Shown here in pieces: positions 41,150-52,525 of a DNA stretch of 64,000 bases. The notes under the pieces are model-generated. The model worked only from the letters and a program-made list of their open reading frames with translations, was not told where the DNA came from and ran no database searches. Within the stretch, counting starts at the first letter, position 1. Each line of letters opens with the position of its first letter. Source of the stretch: Promethearchaeota archaeon (GTDB lineage Archaea; Asgardarchaeota; Lokiarchaeia; Sigyniarchaeales; SOKP01); NCBI GenBank assembly GCA_029838195.1, contig JALGVJ010000007.1:32001-96000 (forward strand). The letters run 5' to 3'. The position numbers and the translations under genes were made by a program.

Positions 41150-41538
41150 GATTTAATTTAATAAGGTTTAATCAAATTGTTTTAATTGAATAAAAATATA
41201 CTTGAGAAGTATTAAAAGTATTGCATGAAAATACTCATTTTATTGGGGTATAACTGTCTACTACGAATGAATTCGACATGATTTTAGGTGGGATAGAGAG
41301 TGTTTTTGTCGGTTATTGATAAACAATTGTTAAATTTCCATCAATCATAGCGAATCAAAAATAGACTCAATTAAATTTAAAATAATCTGTTCTGCATTCA
41401 AATAGACCAATTAATAGACAGATTTAATTTTTCTTACATCTTATTAGGATTTTATTTTTTAATGAGGATTAAATAATCTTAATAGAGATAAAAAAAACCT
41501 ACCTTTCAATTTTAAAAAATCAAAAATAGGGATAATGG

Positions 41539-42789
41539 ATGAAGGCAATAAAATTGGATGAAAATATTTATTGGGTCGGTGCAAATATCCATACGGAAGA
41601 TTTATTTGAAGGCATCTGGCCCATTCCACATGGCGTGGCTTTAAATTCCTATGTCGTGAAAGGAGAAAAAATTGCTCTCGTTGAATTAGTAAAAGAATGG
41701 GGAAATGCGTCCCAAACACTAATAAGACGCCTCCGATCTATCAATTTAAAATTATCGGATATCGATTATCTCATCCTTAATCATTTAGAACCAGATCATA
41801 CGGGTTTTACTCATTTACTTAAATCAATTAACCCGGATATTGAAATTGTTGCCACGGAAAAAGGGACTGCTCTTGTGGATGCATTCTATGGGATAAAAGA
41901 AAACGTGCGCGCTGTTAAAACTGGAGATACGTTAGATCTTGGCAATGGATTCGTGTTTAAGTTTGTAGAAATCCCTAATGTTCATTGGCCTGAAACCATG
42001 GCTACTTATGAGATGAAATCTAAAATTTTATTCTCAAGCGATGCATTTGGCTCATTTGGTGTTCATAAAGGAAGCATTTTTGAAGATGAAACTCCTCAAG
42101 CATATTTGCCATACTGGGAAAACGAAATGTTACGTTATTATGCCAATATAGTTGCGATGTTTTCACCCATGGTCTTGAAAGCAATAGATTCTTTAGCTGG
42201 TGTGGATATTAAAATGATTGCCCCCTCCCACGGCTTGGTATGGAGAGGTAAACCTGAAGTAGTAATAAATAAATATATAAGATATGCGAATTACAATAGA
42301 GATCATGCAGAACCGGAAATATGCTTGATCTGGGGAAGCATGTACGGAAATACTGAAGTCATGGTAAATGCTATTCTGAAAGGAATTGCAAGCGAAGGTG
42401 TTCCGGTTACGGTTCATAGAGTTCCTAACGAAGATGTTTCATTCATCCTTGCCGATGCATATAAATCTGCGGGATTAGTAATCGGATGCCCCACGTATGA
42501 ATATGAGATGTTTCCGCCAATGAAATATTGTTTAGATCTATTTAAAAAGAAGCATTTATGGTACAAGAAAGTGCTGTTCTTCGGATCGTACGGTTGGAGT
42601 GGAGGTGCTCAAAAAGATTTCGATGAGCTTAGTAAATCTATGAAATGGGACATGTTGGAACCGCTTACATTTAGAGGGCATCCTACTGACGAACAATTTG
42701 AAAAAGGAGTGAAATTAGGGACGGAATTGGCAAGAGAAGTTAAAAAAATTCCATCAAAAATAAAAAATGAGGAGTATGGTATGAAATAG
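41539..42789 (+). CDS. fprA: Flavodiiron protein (O2/NO reductase)
   Basis: NHLEPDH, VHWPE, SDAFG, PSHG, SMYGNT, FGSYGWSG. Confidence 0.95.
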   Translation: MKAIKLDENIYWVGANIHTEDLFEGIWPIPHGVALNSYVVKGEKIALVELVKEWGNASQTLIRRLRSINLKLSDIDYLILNHLEPDHTGFTHLLKSINPDIEIVATEKGTALVDAFYGIKENVRAVKTGDTLDLGNGFVFKFVEIPNVHWPETMATYEMKSKILFSSDAFGSFGVHKGSIFEDETPQAYLPYWENEMLRYYANIVAMFSPMVLKAIDSLAGVDIKMIAPSHGLVWRGKPEVVINKYIRYANYNRDHAEPEICLIWGSMYGNTEVMVNAILKGIASEGVPVTVHRVPNEDVSFILADAYKSAGLVIGCPTYEYEMFPPMKYCLDLFKKKHLWYKKVLFFGSYGWSGGAQKDFDELSKSMKWDMLEPLTFRGHPTDEQFEKGVKLGTELAREVKKIPSKIKNEEYGMK

Positions 42790-42879
42790 CTTTTCATTTT
42801 GAAGTGCCATGTTATTTTTTTTTATCTTATTTTTTTCATGATTCACGTCGTCATCGAATCAACCATTTTTTACCATGTT

Positions 42880-43644
42880 TTATTTATAATTTTTTTCTTG
42901 TTCTATCCGTGAATTAATGATATGAATGTTTTCTTGCATTATAGAATAAATGAGTTCATTTTTCAGATTAAGTTTTTCAAGCGTTTCGACGACAGTTTCA
43001 AAAATTTCAAGTAAAGCCGAGTAATTTAGCTTTCGGAGCTCAGTTATGGGAATGTTGATGAATCTATTAAGAATTAAGTGGAGAGAAGTAAGGAGGATCC
43101 AAGCGATAATTAAAATTGTTAAGATCCATTCTACAATAGGGCGGAACGAGAATAATAAGATAAGGAGAAAAATAAAGGTAATGAAGCCGAGAGCAGAGTG
43201 ATATCCTCTAAATTCTAAATTATAGAGGTCTTCTTCTCGCGGTCCCATGAAAATTAAAATGCTATAAAGAAAAATATAAATTCCTGAGCCTATAAACGCA
43301 TAAAAGGAGATCACGCCATGAAACCATAGAAATATATCGATATAACTTTCGTCGGGGATGATTCCGACTAATGCGATACATGTACACGTGGAAATGGAAA
43401 ATCCTGTTGCTAATTTACGTACTTTCTCGTGAAGATTTGTTAATTCTCTTTCAAGATATAAATAAAATGGTATTCCGGATGCTCCTCCTATTATGAAAGC
43501 AATACTAAAATAAAATTTTCCGGGACCCGCTCCTAAAGAACTAACCGTATTAATTGCAAGATCATAATTAGGTGTGGATAAAACTGCGATTAACAAAAAA
43601 ATACATGCGGTTAAAGTTCCAAAAAAGCTAAAAAGTGGTTCCAA
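42880..43644 (-). CDS. DUF998-like multi-pass membrane protein
   Basis: NTVSSLG motif, ~6-7 TMs. Start uncertain. Confidence 0.65.
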   Translation of the reverse strand: MEPLFSFFGTLTACIFLLIAVLSTPNYDLAINTVSSLGAGPGKFYFSIAFIIGGASGIPFYLYLERELTNLHEKVRKLATGFSISTCTCIALVGIIPDESYIDIFLWFHGVISFYAFIGSGIYIFLYSILIFMGPREEDLYNLEFRGYHSALGFITFIFLLILLFSFRPIVEWILTILIIAWILLTSLHLILNRFINIPITELRKLNYSALLEIFETVVETLEKLNLKNELIYSIMQENIHIINSRIEQEKNYK

Positions 43645-43953
43645 TTTTTCATGAATATGAATAATGATGATTTTCCCTCGATTTTATTTTATTATTATTC
43701 TAACGTGTTTTTTTTTCCCTGACAATTTATCACGAGACCAATGGAAATTTATAATTTCATATCATTAAAATAATGCTTATAATAGAAAAATGGGAATAAA
43801 TATTATAGAATAAAATTATCCCATTAAAAAATAAAATTACGAATTCTACTTTTGTTGATTATCTTCTTCAGAGGAGAAGGTCTACTTGCGGTGAAAAAAA
43901 GTAAACTAACTTGCTTTTTATTTTAATCTACTCTCATGTAACTTGAGCTTTAA

Positions 43954-45198
43954 TTAAAAAGATAATGCTTGGATGTAAAGATTGAGAAAAGTTAAAGAAA
44001 GCAATGTACAAATGGTAATGACTTGATATAGCAAGAGTTCAAAATAATATCTCTTATAACCTGGCTGTTTATTAAGAAATTTAATCACGTAGAAAATTTT
44101 ATTGAATATGGCTCCGGATAGACCAATGGAAAGCATGACTAATCCATGAGCTTCATTCAGAAGGCCTCCTAAATAAGCAGAGACCACAAAAACAGCCGAG
44201 GCCCCTCCTGAGAGCAAGCCAATTAAAAATGTGATAACGTAATATGCAAATAAATTCAAATTAATAAATTCAAGGATGATAGAGACGATTACAGCTAAAG
44301 AATATGTTCCAGAAAAAATTAATGCTGATTTAATGGAGAGGGGATTTTTAAGTTTTTCTATCGTGAATTTAGTCATCTTTTTTCGTAAAATCAAAAAAGA
44401 CCCAATTAATCCTACCATGCTAGTGATTACAATCGGGCCTAAAGCATAAAAAAGAAGGGCAGGAGCGATTAATAAAATAAGAAGCATTCGCACCAGCATG
44501 GTTTGGATCACCAACCAAATAGAAGAGGGCGAGGCTCCCGCTTCAGAAAGTTCAATGGTTGTAGCTTCAGAATGAGCTAATCCTCCAAAAAATGCTAAAT
44601 AATAGACCGTGCTTTCTACGGAACTTTTTAAAAGAAAATAACTGAAATATTTTATAGCTAAAATCGTGATAAATATGATGATGATGGATTTAATGTTAAT
44701 TCCCGCAATAATTATATAATCCGGGATTAAGATATAAAGCAAGAGAACAATGGCAATGAATTCTACCGTTCCGGTCCATTCGATGCTACTTAATCCTTGA
44801 ATTTTTCTAAATTGTTTTTTAGTTGAGAGAACGATTAGAAAAATAACGGAAATCGTGATGGCCAACGAATAATAATAATATACCACGATACCTGTAACGA
44901 GAGCAAGCATCATGGATAAGGTAGTAGTGCGATGGCGCAAGGACCCAATGAGGAGAAAGGCAATTATTCCTCCAAAAAAAAGATAAATCAAGACATATCC
45001 AAATGGAATGGAAAAACGCTCATTTACGAGAACTAGCACTGTAGCTAATACTGATACGAATACATGGTCCCTTACATCAAACGGAGCGGCGGTTCTAGTC
45101 CTTTCGATACCGAGCAAAAATCCACAGAGAAATGAAATTAAGATGGTAATTACGTCTGAATAAAATGTGAAATCAACAATTTCCATGAGACTTACCAT
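43954..45198 (-). CDS. MgtC/SapB-DUF4010-type membrane protein
   Basis: GFLLGIER, FFGGLAHSEATT, NPLSIKSALIF; many TMs. Confidence 0.75.
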   Translation of the reverse strand: MVSLMEIVDFTFYSDVITILISFLCGFLLGIERTRTAAPFDVRDHVFVSVLATVLVLVNERFSIPFGYVLIYLFFGGIIAFLLIGSLRHRTTTLSMMLALVTGIVVYYYYSLAITISVIFLIVLSTKKQFRKIQGLSSIEWTGTVEFIAIVLLLYILIPDYIIIAGINIKSIIIIFITILAIKYFSYFLLKSSVESTVYYLAFFGGLAHSEATTIELSEAGASPSSIWLVIQTMLVRMLLILLIAPALLFYALGPIVITSMVGLIGSFLILRKKMTKFTIEKLKNPLSIKSALIFSGTYSLAVIVSIILEFINLNLFAYYVITFLIGLLSGGASAVFVVSAYLGGLLNEAHGLVMLSIGLSGAIFNKIFYVIKFLNKQPGYKRYYFELLLYQVITICTLLSLTFLNLYIQALSF

Positions 45199-45580
45199 GA
45201 ATTGAAAATGCTAATTTTCCAATTACTGCTATATAGGAACAATTATTTTATATAATTTTCGAATTATCCCTCGCTCTTTTTCTAAACTTGGATAAATTAT
45301 TGAAAAAAACCTCATGATGAATTAAATCGATGAAGGACTCATGTTATATAAAAGAAAAATCTCTTTTTCCGAGTAAATATACGAGGATACATGAAACAAT
45401 TATCAATATTTTTTTAAACACGAATATTTAAAGAAGAACTTAGCCTTTTTCAAGTTTCACGAATTTTTGAGAAAATATGACCGTGACATCACGTTAAACC
45501 TCCATTATTAAAAAAAAGTGTAATTAATATTGGAAATAAAAATAGCATCATATAGTAAAATTAAGTTATTAAGTTATTAT

Positions 45581-45973
45581 TTATTCCGTTCCTAGCCATA
45601 ATCCGTGAATGTTGCAATATTCTCGAGCTTTAAGCCCTTCTGTATCTGCGACCACGAACGTGGCTTTTGGTTCATCACCCGGACTTAAAAATTTTCTTTT
45701 ATAGCATTTATTTTTACAGATTAACTCGATCCACATTATCCAATGCTCATTTGTCATGGGATGGGGCGTGCCCATGGAAATGCCCACATCCACGGTTACT
45801 TTATTTCCATCAATGGTGATTTTTGGAACGTGTTTTTCTCCTTTCCAATCAGCTGTCTGTTCTTTCATCAATTGCATAGGTTGTCCACAACAAATGGTAT
45901 CGGGTACACCAGGCGTGAGGATTTCGATAACTTTTCCACACACACTACATTTATAGATTTCTTTTTTATTCAT
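45581..45973 (-). CDS. dfx: Desulfoferrodoxin (class I superoxide reductase)
   Basis: CSVC...CCG desulforedoxin domain; EKHVP, HPM, HWI, CNIHG. Confidence 0.95.
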   Translation of the reverse strand: MNKKEIYKCSVCGKVIEILTPGVPDTICCGQPMQLMKEQTADWKGEKHVPKITIDGNKVTVDVGISMGTPHPMTNEHWIMWIELICKNKCYKRKFLSPGDEPKATFVVADTEGLKAREYCNIHGLWLGTE

Positions 45974-46340
45974 TTACTTTTCACTTTGTTAATGTTTTTC
46001 GCTCTTTTTAAAATTTTTAAAATATCACGTTAGGTTATGATTTCTATCAATAAAACCTATTTAATTATTTTTTTTATAAATTAAAAATTATGGGCTGTTT
46101 TCATTAATAACATTGAAATATTTAGGATGTTTTTAAATGGCAGGAATACTTTGAAAAACTAAATTATTTCACTCCCCTCTCTTGATAGCTTTAAGATTGA
46201 AATTTAAAAACAAAAAATGTAAACATTATTGTTAATTTAAAATTTATAGGAAAAACTTTTAAGAATTTTGCTCCTTTTAAGTGAAATACAAGAATGCATT
46301 TTTTGAAATAAAAAGAATAATCCAATTGAGAGGGTAAAAA

Positions 46341-46628
46341 ATGACATTAAGTAAAATTCCGATTCTTTTAGAAAAAATAAGCAAGGAGAATCTGGATAAA
46401 CAAATTCTTAGAACAGGAATTTTAGCAGAGCTTGATGCGATTAATCTTTACGAGCAAATGGCGGAATTAACGGAGAATCAAGATTTAAAGAAAGTGCTTT
46501 TGGATGTTGCGAAAGAAGAAAAAGAACACGTGGGCGAATTTCAATATCTTCTTTTAAAGCTTGATACACAACAGGAAAAGGAATTGAAAGAAGGAATGGA
46601 AGAAGTTAAGGAGCTCTTAGGCGAATAA
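46341..46628 (+). CDS. Small ferritin/rubrerythrin-like diiron protein
   Basis: AELDAINLYEQ and EEKEHVGEF. Confidence 0.9.
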   Translation: MTLSKIPILLEKISKENLDKQILRTGILAELDAINLYEQMAELTENQDLKKVLLDVAKEEKEHVGEFQYLLLKLDTQQEKELKEGMEEVKELLGE

Positions 46629-46939
46629 AAATCGTTCAATTGCTCTGATAGTCATCGTCGTAATGATAACGAATTGAAAATTTAAAACCTTTTTTTTTCA
46701 TTTCATGTTTTTTCCATCTCCATGAGAATGTTGAAACCCCTAAAGGCCTCTAATTTTAATATAATTTTAAAGCAACCACTAACACGGGAAAATGGTGGGT
46801 TTTAAGTTTTATAGATATTGGGTTTCGTTCTCTTTCTTAATTAAATTCTAACGATTAAAGAGAATTAATAAATCTCTCAATATTTATAATATAACAAACC
46901 TTAACTTAATGTAATTAAAACTAATAAAAGAGAAGCAAA

Positions 46940-49645
46940 ATGATTCACGCACCAAAAGAGTTGAAATGTGAATATTTAAAAGATCCTATCAATATTGATG
47001 TTCCTCGTCCTCGTTTTTCATGGATTTTAGAGCACGAGGAACGGGCTCAAATACAAAGAGCATATCAAATCATTGTTTGCTCTTCTAAAGAAAATGCTGA
47101 AAAAGAAATTGGTGATCTTTGGGATTCAAAGCGAGTAGAATCGGAACAAATCACAAACATTTCTTATGGAGGAAAGGAATTATTAAGTAATCAAATTTAC
47201 TATTGGCGTGTAAAATGGTGGGATAAAAATGAAAAAGAAAGCAGTTATAGCAAGATAGCTACCTTTCAAACGGCTTTATTAAAAGAAACGGATTGGATTG
47301 GTAAATGGATAACTATAAAAGAAGTTTTGGAAAAATCTACAAGAAAAAAATTATTAAAATCTACAAAAGTCAAAGGTTTCTCGGGACGTATCAAGTTATT
47401 TCCCGCGTTTTATTTTAGAAAAGAGTTTTCTGTAGAAAAACCCATTAAAAAGGCGAAATTACACGTTTGCGGCTTAGGATATCACGAAGTACACGTAAAT
47501 GGAAAAAAAATTGGGACTCATGTCCTTGATCCTGCTTGGATAGATTATGATAAACTGGCGTTATACTCTACTTTTGAAATAACGGAAGAACTACAAGATA
47601 AAAATGCGATTGGGGTAATAGTGGGAAATGGTCGACAGCTATCTGCCTATGGCTATGATTTTCCTAAATTGATCCTTCAACTTCACGTAAAATTTTTGGA
47701 TGGCTCCGAAATCCTCATCGCAACTGATGAAACGTGGAAAGTATCCATTTCAGGGCCAATTCGTGAAAATGGAATTTATTATGGGGAAAACTATGATGCT
47801 CGGTTAGAAATGCCCGGTTGGGATGAACTTGACTTCGATGACGGTTCTTGGGATTTTGCCGTGCCCGTAAAAGGACCCAAATTAGCTGCTCAACTCATGC
47901 AGCCCATAGAAATTACCCACATCCTGCGACCTGAGAAAATGTTTAGCCCAAAACCCAGAATCTACATTTTTGATTTTGGACAAAATTTTACCGGGGTTGT
48001 TCGATTAAAAGTGAGAGGCCCCAGAGGTCAGCAAGTAAAAATCCGCCATGCAGAACTCCTCAATAAAGATGGAACGTTAAACATGGGCACTATTCAAGAA
48101 GCTCGAGCCACGGATGTTTATACGCTCAAAGGAAATGGATTAGAAGTTTATCAACCACGTTTTACGTATCATGGCTTTAGATATGTAGAAATCACGGGTT
48201 ATCCTGGAATACCAAAATTAGAGGATATTGAAGGCCTTTTTTTCCATACAAACGTGCCTATGATTGGCACCTTTCATTGCTCGGATCAATTGATCAATAA
48301 AATTCATGCAAATATAATTTGGGGTCAGTTAAGCAACTTGATGAGCATACCTACCGATTGTCCTCAGAGGGCTGAACGCCAAGGCTGGATGGGTGATGCC
48401 CAATTAACAGTAGAAGAAGCGATCTATAATTTTGACATGGCACGATTTTATACAAAATATCTTCGTGACATTCAATTGTGTCAAAAAGAAGATGGAAGCA
48501 TTTCTGACGTAGTACCTCCTTATTGGAAATTATATCCCGCAGATCCCGCATGGGGCTCGGCATATATTACTTTTGCTTGGTATTTATACTGGTATTATAA
48601 TGATAAAGAAATCCTAAAAATGCATTATCCTTACTTGAAAAAGTATATAAATTTCTTGACCGGTAAAGCCGAAAATCATCTTCTCTTGAATTTAAAAAAG
48701 TATGGCGATTGGTGTCCGCCCGGTTCCATCCACCCAAAGCGAACGCCCTTAGAGCTCACGTCTTCTTGGTACTATTATCACGACACGCTATTATTATCAA
48801 AAATTTGTGAAATTTTGGGCCGTGAAAATGATCACGAGGAATTAAAAAACCTTGCGGAAGCCATTAAAAATGCTTTCAATCAACGCTTTTTAAGTTATGG
48901 GTATGAATCGAAGAAGATCTTTAAAGCCGAATTCACACCAAACCAAACATCAAATATTTTACCCCTCTATCTCGATATGGTTCCGGATAAGAAAAAAAAA
49001 CAAGTCATTTTACTTTTATTAACTAGCCTTGAGAAAGACTGTGATTATCATGTTGACACGGGGATTATTGGTACTCGCTATTTATTTGAAGTCCTATCGA
49101 AAATCGGGCGGGATGATGTTGCCTATAAAATAATCACGCAAGAAAGTTATCCCAGTTGGGGCTACATGATTAAAGAGGGTGCAACGACCTTATGGGAGCG
49201 ATGGGAAAAATTAGGAGAGGGTGGAATGAATTCACATAATCACATCATGCTTGGAAGCATCGATACGTGGTTTTACAAAACTTTGGCGGGAATCAGGGCA
49301 GCAGAACCCGGATGGAAGAGACTTGAGATAAAGCCCTATATTAATAATGAATTAACCCATGTTTCTGCTTCCTTAAACACGTATCGTGGATATATTAGCG
49401 TGTCTTGGGAAAAAGTAGAAAATAGCGTGAAAATAACCCTTTTTATCCCCGTTAGTTGTAGCGCTATTTTATCAATTCCACGCATTCATGAGAACATGGT
49501 GATTAGAGAAGGAGAAGCAATTATATATGAAAAGGATTCCGTTCCAAATGAATCGAAGGGCATGAAATATAGAGATTTTGATGAGAAATACGTCCATTTT
49601 GAGGTGGGCTCGGGATTTTATCAAATCGTGGTGGAGAAAAAATAG
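46940..49645 (+). CDS. Alpha-L-rhamnosidase, GH78
   Basis: FDFGQN, PRFTYHGFRY, PTDCPQRAERQGWMGD, GATTLWERW, MNSHNH. Confidence 0.95.
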   Translation: MIHAPKELKCEYLKDPINIDVPRPRFSWILEHEERAQIQRAYQIIVCSSKENAEKEIGDLWDSKRVESEQITNISYGGKELLSNQIYYWRVKWWDKNEKESSYSKIATFQTALLKETDWIGKWITIKEVLEKSTRKKLLKSTKVKGFSGRIKLFPAFYFRKEFSVEKPIKKAKLHVCGLGYHEVHVNGKKIGTHVLDPAWIDYDKLALYSTFEITEELQDKNAIGVIVGNGRQLSAYGYDFPKLILQLHVKFLDGSEILIATDETWKVSISGPIRENGIYYGENYDARLEMPGWDELDFDDGSWDFAVPVKGPKLAAQLMQPIEITHILRPEKMFSPKPRIYIFDFGQNFTGVVRLKVRGPRGQQVKIRHAELLNKDGTLNMGTIQEARATDVYTLKGNGLEVYQPRFTYHGFRYVEITGYPGIPKLEDIEGLFFHTNVPMIGTFHCSDQLINKIHANIIWGQLSNLMSIPTDCPQRAERQGWMGDAQLTVEEAIYNFDMARFYTKYLRDIQLCQKEDGSISDVVPPYWKLYPADPAWGSAYITFAWYLYWYYNDKEILKMHYPYLKKYINFLTGKAENHLLLNLKKYGDWCPPGSIHPKRTPLELTSSWYYYHDTLLLSKICEILGRENDHEELKNLAEAIKNAFNQRFLSYGYESKKIFKAEFTPNQTSNILPLYLDMVPDKKKKQVILLLLTSLEKDCDYHVDTGIIGTRYLFEVLSKIGRDDVAYKIITQESYPSWGYMIKEGATTLWERWEKLGEGGMNSHNHIMLGSIDTWFYKTLAGIRAAEPGWKRLEIKPYINNELTHVSASLNTYRGYISVSWEKVENSVKITLFIPVSCSAILSIPRIHENMVIREGEAIIYEKDSVPNESKGMKYRDFDEKYVHFEVGSGFYQIVVEKK

Positions 49646-49681
49646 TTAGAACGTTAATTTTTAAAAAATATTTTTTATTTT

Positions 49682-52345
49682 TTATCCAAAGGGATTCATG
49701 ATTTCATAGGCCTGTTGGATCATTTTTTCTATTCTTTTTTCGCCTCTTTTTCCCAGCATTTGTCGAAGAGTATCATACTCATGAGACTCGATGCCAAAAT
49801 AATCTTGGGTTAGAGATTTTTCTCCTTTCAAGAGATTTGGCTTGAAAATATCGCCATTTAGGGCGGGAGGTCGTCCATGAGAGCAAGCATTAGTCCATGA
49901 CTCATCATTAAAATCGAGCCGTGTCCATTCAAGAGTAGAAAAATATTTATCTTTACATCCTTTCCAGGAGCTATCTGAGCGTAGTTCCAGCATGGTGTCA
50001 TCGTGGAGAAGAATTTGTCCATATACATTTATAGCTCCTTTATAATATTCAAAATTATACGCTTCTATAGAAATTACATTCTTTCCTTCCTTCAAATGAT
50101 TAGTTATATCAAAAACTCTAGTTCTATAGAGAATGGGAAGAATGGCAAATGTAGTTCTTCCCGAGACGCTTCCAATATACATGCCATTCACATGAATTTT
50201 CATGTGCGTACACGCAAGGCATTGGATCAATGCTTTTTTAATAGGTCGTTCAACATGGAATGTTTTTCTAAAATAGCGCGGTTCAATGGGAGAAATTTTC
50301 TCATTTACCCAAATCCACTCAGAAGAAAGATAGGGGTCTTCATGCCAAGTGTTTTTGGCAAGTTGGTCTATCTTATTCTCATAGGCTCTAATTAAAAAAT
50401 CAAATAATTCAAGATTGTAATCCAAGCAAGGTCTTTTTGCTTCCCTCAACCATAATCTTTCATATTCATTTTTTAACGAATTTATTTTTTCTTTCAGTTC
50501 ATTGAGTTCAGAGATGAGCTGATTTTTTAAATCGACATTTTTTTTCATTTCTTCAATGGAATTTGATATTTTGAGCGATAAATTTACTTTTTCGGAATAT
50601 ACTCGTGCCATTTGGGCATTAAATTTAAGAATTTCATAGATATCTGATTCAAAATGAATAGTGAATTTTAATTTTTCATGTAATTCAATGCATTTGAAAG
50701 CTGCATTACCCAGTTCTTCATGATTTTTAATGGGCGGGGAAAATTGTTCCGTAGGAAAGGGATGCTTGAAAAAATACGTGTAGAAAGAAATGAAAATGAA
50801 TTCTGGTTCCACTTTAAAAAATGAGTTTAAATCATCTAAACCCAGCAGCAAATTTGAGAAATCCTCTAAAGATTCTTTTCTTATTCCATGATAGAGAAAT
50901 CCGTATTTATTCAAAAAATCTTCATAATTAAAGCCCTCTACCGTCCATGACACGGCTCCCGTCAATATACCACCGAGATATTCCACCCCTCTTAGAGTAT
51001 AATATCGATAATCTCCCCAATTGGATGTTAGCAACCCCAAACATCCTTTATCCTTATTTTCCTTAGCCTCTCGTGCCATGTTCATGATATTAATGCTTGC
51101 ATTTCTATAATTAGGAAAGATTCTCTGCCAATTTAGCATGGACGGGCTTGCTATGACTTTGAAGCCTTTTTTCACGTACTCTTGGATTTTTGGATACTTC
51201 TCTTTTGGAGCATAATCCCAATACATTAATATGATATCCTTGTTCATTTTTTCTATAATTTCCTTGTCATCTCTAATAAAATCCTCATACATGATGACAT
51301 GCATGTTTCCATGCTTCCGAGCGATTTGATATACTTTTTCATAATGATATAGTAAGGCCAACTTGCCTTGAGATTCAAATAATTGTTTTGAACGATATTT
51401 TCCAATATCGAACGTCTCATCACAGCCCACATGAAAATATTTAGTGGATAAGCACTTGCTAAGTTCTGCGATATAATCATTTAATAGATCGTACACCCGG
51501 GGATTGGAGATGTTAAAACATTTGGCTCCTGGAAATTCTCCCAATGGTTCATAGTTTTCATGTATTAAAATATTATCCACGTGGCCGAGACATTGAAAGA
51601 TGGGCACTAATTCAATGAATCTCTTTTTTGCAAATTCATCCAATTCTCTTAATTCTTCTGGTGTTAATGCACCTCTTTTCTTCCCTATATCAGGGTGGAG
51701 CGGATGAGCAAACATGTCTTCTAAGTAGAGGAAATAAAAATTAATTTTATAATGACTTAATAGTTTCATGTATCGTTTTGCTGATTCAATCGTGAATATT
51801 TGTCCCCGTGCGATATCGTCAGTGATGCCTCGCATTTTTAGATCCGGATAATCCTCGATTCGAAGGTTAGGAATAGATAAGGCATTTGGAACCTCTTTCG
51901 TCCTCTCCTCTTCCTTGAGATTCAAATAACTATTTTTAATTATTTGAATTAACGTCTGAACGCCGTAAAATAATCCCTTTTCGTAGGGAGATTGAATGAT
52001 TATTAAATCCTTTTGTATTACAAGAGCATGTGCCTCCTCATCTTTTTCTTGAAATTGGAAGTCATTTCCCCGAGTTTCCAAGATGATTCTATCCTCCTCA
52101 GAAAGTGGGGCGAATTTTATCCGGAAAGAAGAAATTGCTTTTAGAAAATCATTTATTTCTCTCAATAAAAACATGAAATACTCGTGTTCTATATTAAAAG
52201 GCGATGCCTGACAGTCTGAGGACATCAATGACCCAACTCCCTCATTCAAAAACGAAATTTTCTTGGGCCGGGGTAATAGTATAGGGAATTCTTCAAAATG
52301 ATCATCTATTGGAGTTAAATTTTTAATTACAAATCTTTTTATCAT
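49682..52345 (-). CDS. GH20-like beta-N-acetylhexosaminidase with C-terminal jelly-roll domain
   Basis: GLFYGVQTL, IEDYPDLKMRG, catalytic HVGCDE. ATG 52345 follows GGGAG; the ORF track starts at TTG 52390. Confidence 0.8.
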   Translation of the reverse strand: MIKRFVIKNLTPIDDHFEEFPILLPRPKKISFLNEGVGSLMSSDCQASPFNIEHEYFMFLLREINDFLKAISSFRIKFAPLSEEDRIILETRGNDFQFQEKDEEAHALVIQKDLIIIQSPYEKGLFYGVQTLIQIIKNSYLNLKEEERTKEVPNALSIPNLRIEDYPDLKMRGITDDIARGQIFTIESAKRYMKLLSHYKINFYFLYLEDMFAHPLHPDIGKKRGALTPEELRELDEFAKKRFIELVPIFQCLGHVDNILIHENYEPLGEFPGAKCFNISNPRVYDLLNDYIAELSKCLSTKYFHVGCDETFDIGKYRSKQLFESQGKLALLYHYEKVYQIARKHGNMHVIMYEDFIRDDKEIIEKMNKDIILMYWDYAPKEKYPKIQEYVKKGFKVIASPSMLNWQRIFPNYRNASINIMNMAREAKENKDKGCLGLLTSNWGDYRYYTLRGVEYLGGILTGAVSWTVEGFNYEDFLNKYGFLYHGIRKESLEDFSNLLLGLDDLNSFFKVEPEFIFISFYTYFFKHPFPTEQFSPPIKNHEELGNAAFKCIELHEKLKFTIHFESDIYEILKFNAQMARVYSEKVNLSLKISNSIEEMKKNVDLKNQLISELNELKEKINSLKNEYERLWLREAKRPCLDYNLELFDFLIRAYENKIDQLAKNTWHEDPYLSSEWIWVNEKISPIEPRYFRKTFHVERPIKKALIQCLACTHMKIHVNGMYIGSVSGRTTFAILPILYRTRVFDITNHLKEGKNVISIEAYNFEYYKGAINVYGQILLHDDTMLELRSDSSWKGCKDKYFSTLEWTRLDFNDESWTNACSHGRPPALNGDIFKPNLLKGEKSLTQDYFGIESHEYDTLRQMLGKRGEKRIEKMIQQAYEIMNPFG

Positions 52346-52525
52346 GAACTCCCACTCATAAATGTTGAATGTATTAATTATAAAAGTCAAGCGGTAATAA
52401 AAGTTTTAATAGAAAAAATAAAATGTCAAAATAGAATAGAACATGTTTATTAAAAAAAGCACTCTCAAGGTCTCACGATTTAAATATCATTAAAAAAGAC
52501 AAGAAAAAAAATTGGCGGAGATTCT

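Noticed and set aside
44915-44950. Odd 'GSLRHRTTT' segment in the MgtC-like gene as an intron scar or deletion
   Set aside because: The frame is intact and no BHB is visible; it cannot be judged without homolog alignment.
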